A stretch of 41,684 bases of DNA, taken from positions 1 to 41,684 of the forward strand of contig CAZTRC010000006.1 in assembly GCA_964615845.1 (NCBI GenBank), read 5' to 3'. Source of the DNA: an uncultured Candidatus Saccharibacteria bacterium. Its GTDB lineage: Bacteria; Patescibacteriota; Minisyncoccia; Phycocordibacterales; CSBR16-119. Below the pieces are notes generated by a model. It was not told where the DNA came from. It saw only the letters and a list, made by a program, of their open reading frames with translations, and did no database searches. Made by a program: the position numbers and the translations under genes. This document shows, piece by piece, positions 41,683 through 41,684 of the stretch (positions are counted from its first letter, which is position 1; each line of letters begins with the position of its first letter).

Positions 41683-41684
41683 AT

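Overview
The window is a gene-dense bacterial chromosome segment in the standard genetic code; TGA, TAA and TAG all act as stops. It holds about 35 recognisable housekeeping genes. These are atpD (3' part), atpC, rsmI, ctpA, rplI, rpmA, gltX, murG, ftsW, mraY, a D-Ala-D-Ala carboxypeptidase, scpB, scpA, archaeal-type aspS, a cold-shock protein, an ABC-F ATPase, trpS, dnaB, recR, rplU, corA, cysS, dnaJ and dnaK. The gene content suggests a Candidate Phyla Radiation/Patescibacteria-like organism: small proteins, no Shine-Dalgarno sequences, a secreted nuclease and reduced Zn-finger domains. That is inference only. I found no rRNA, tRNA, CRISPR array, transposase or integrase.

Five things stand out:
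1. About a dozen single-gene orphan cassettes look G+C-richer than their neighbours. Most have a TTGACA-N17-TAnnnT promoter, and all have an A/C-rich leader, often with a CACCC core. Most also have their own hairpin terminator. They sit between housekeeping genes, including the usual murD slot of the dcw cluster. Most encode predicted membrane or secreted proteins.
2. Housekeeping genes are instead preceded by a -10 box, often extended TGn, ending 6-7 nt before the start codon. This implies leaderless mRNAs.
3. A low-GC islet between cysS and dnaJ carries a translationally coupled small basic protein and a HEPN-like protein. This is a candidate toxin-antitoxin or defence pair.
4. A HicAB pair lies next to a secreted SNase/Excalibur nuclease.
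5. A roughly 200-nt multi-stem intergenic element lies between rplI and rpmA.

All family assignments come from motif recognition by eye. No searches or computations were run.
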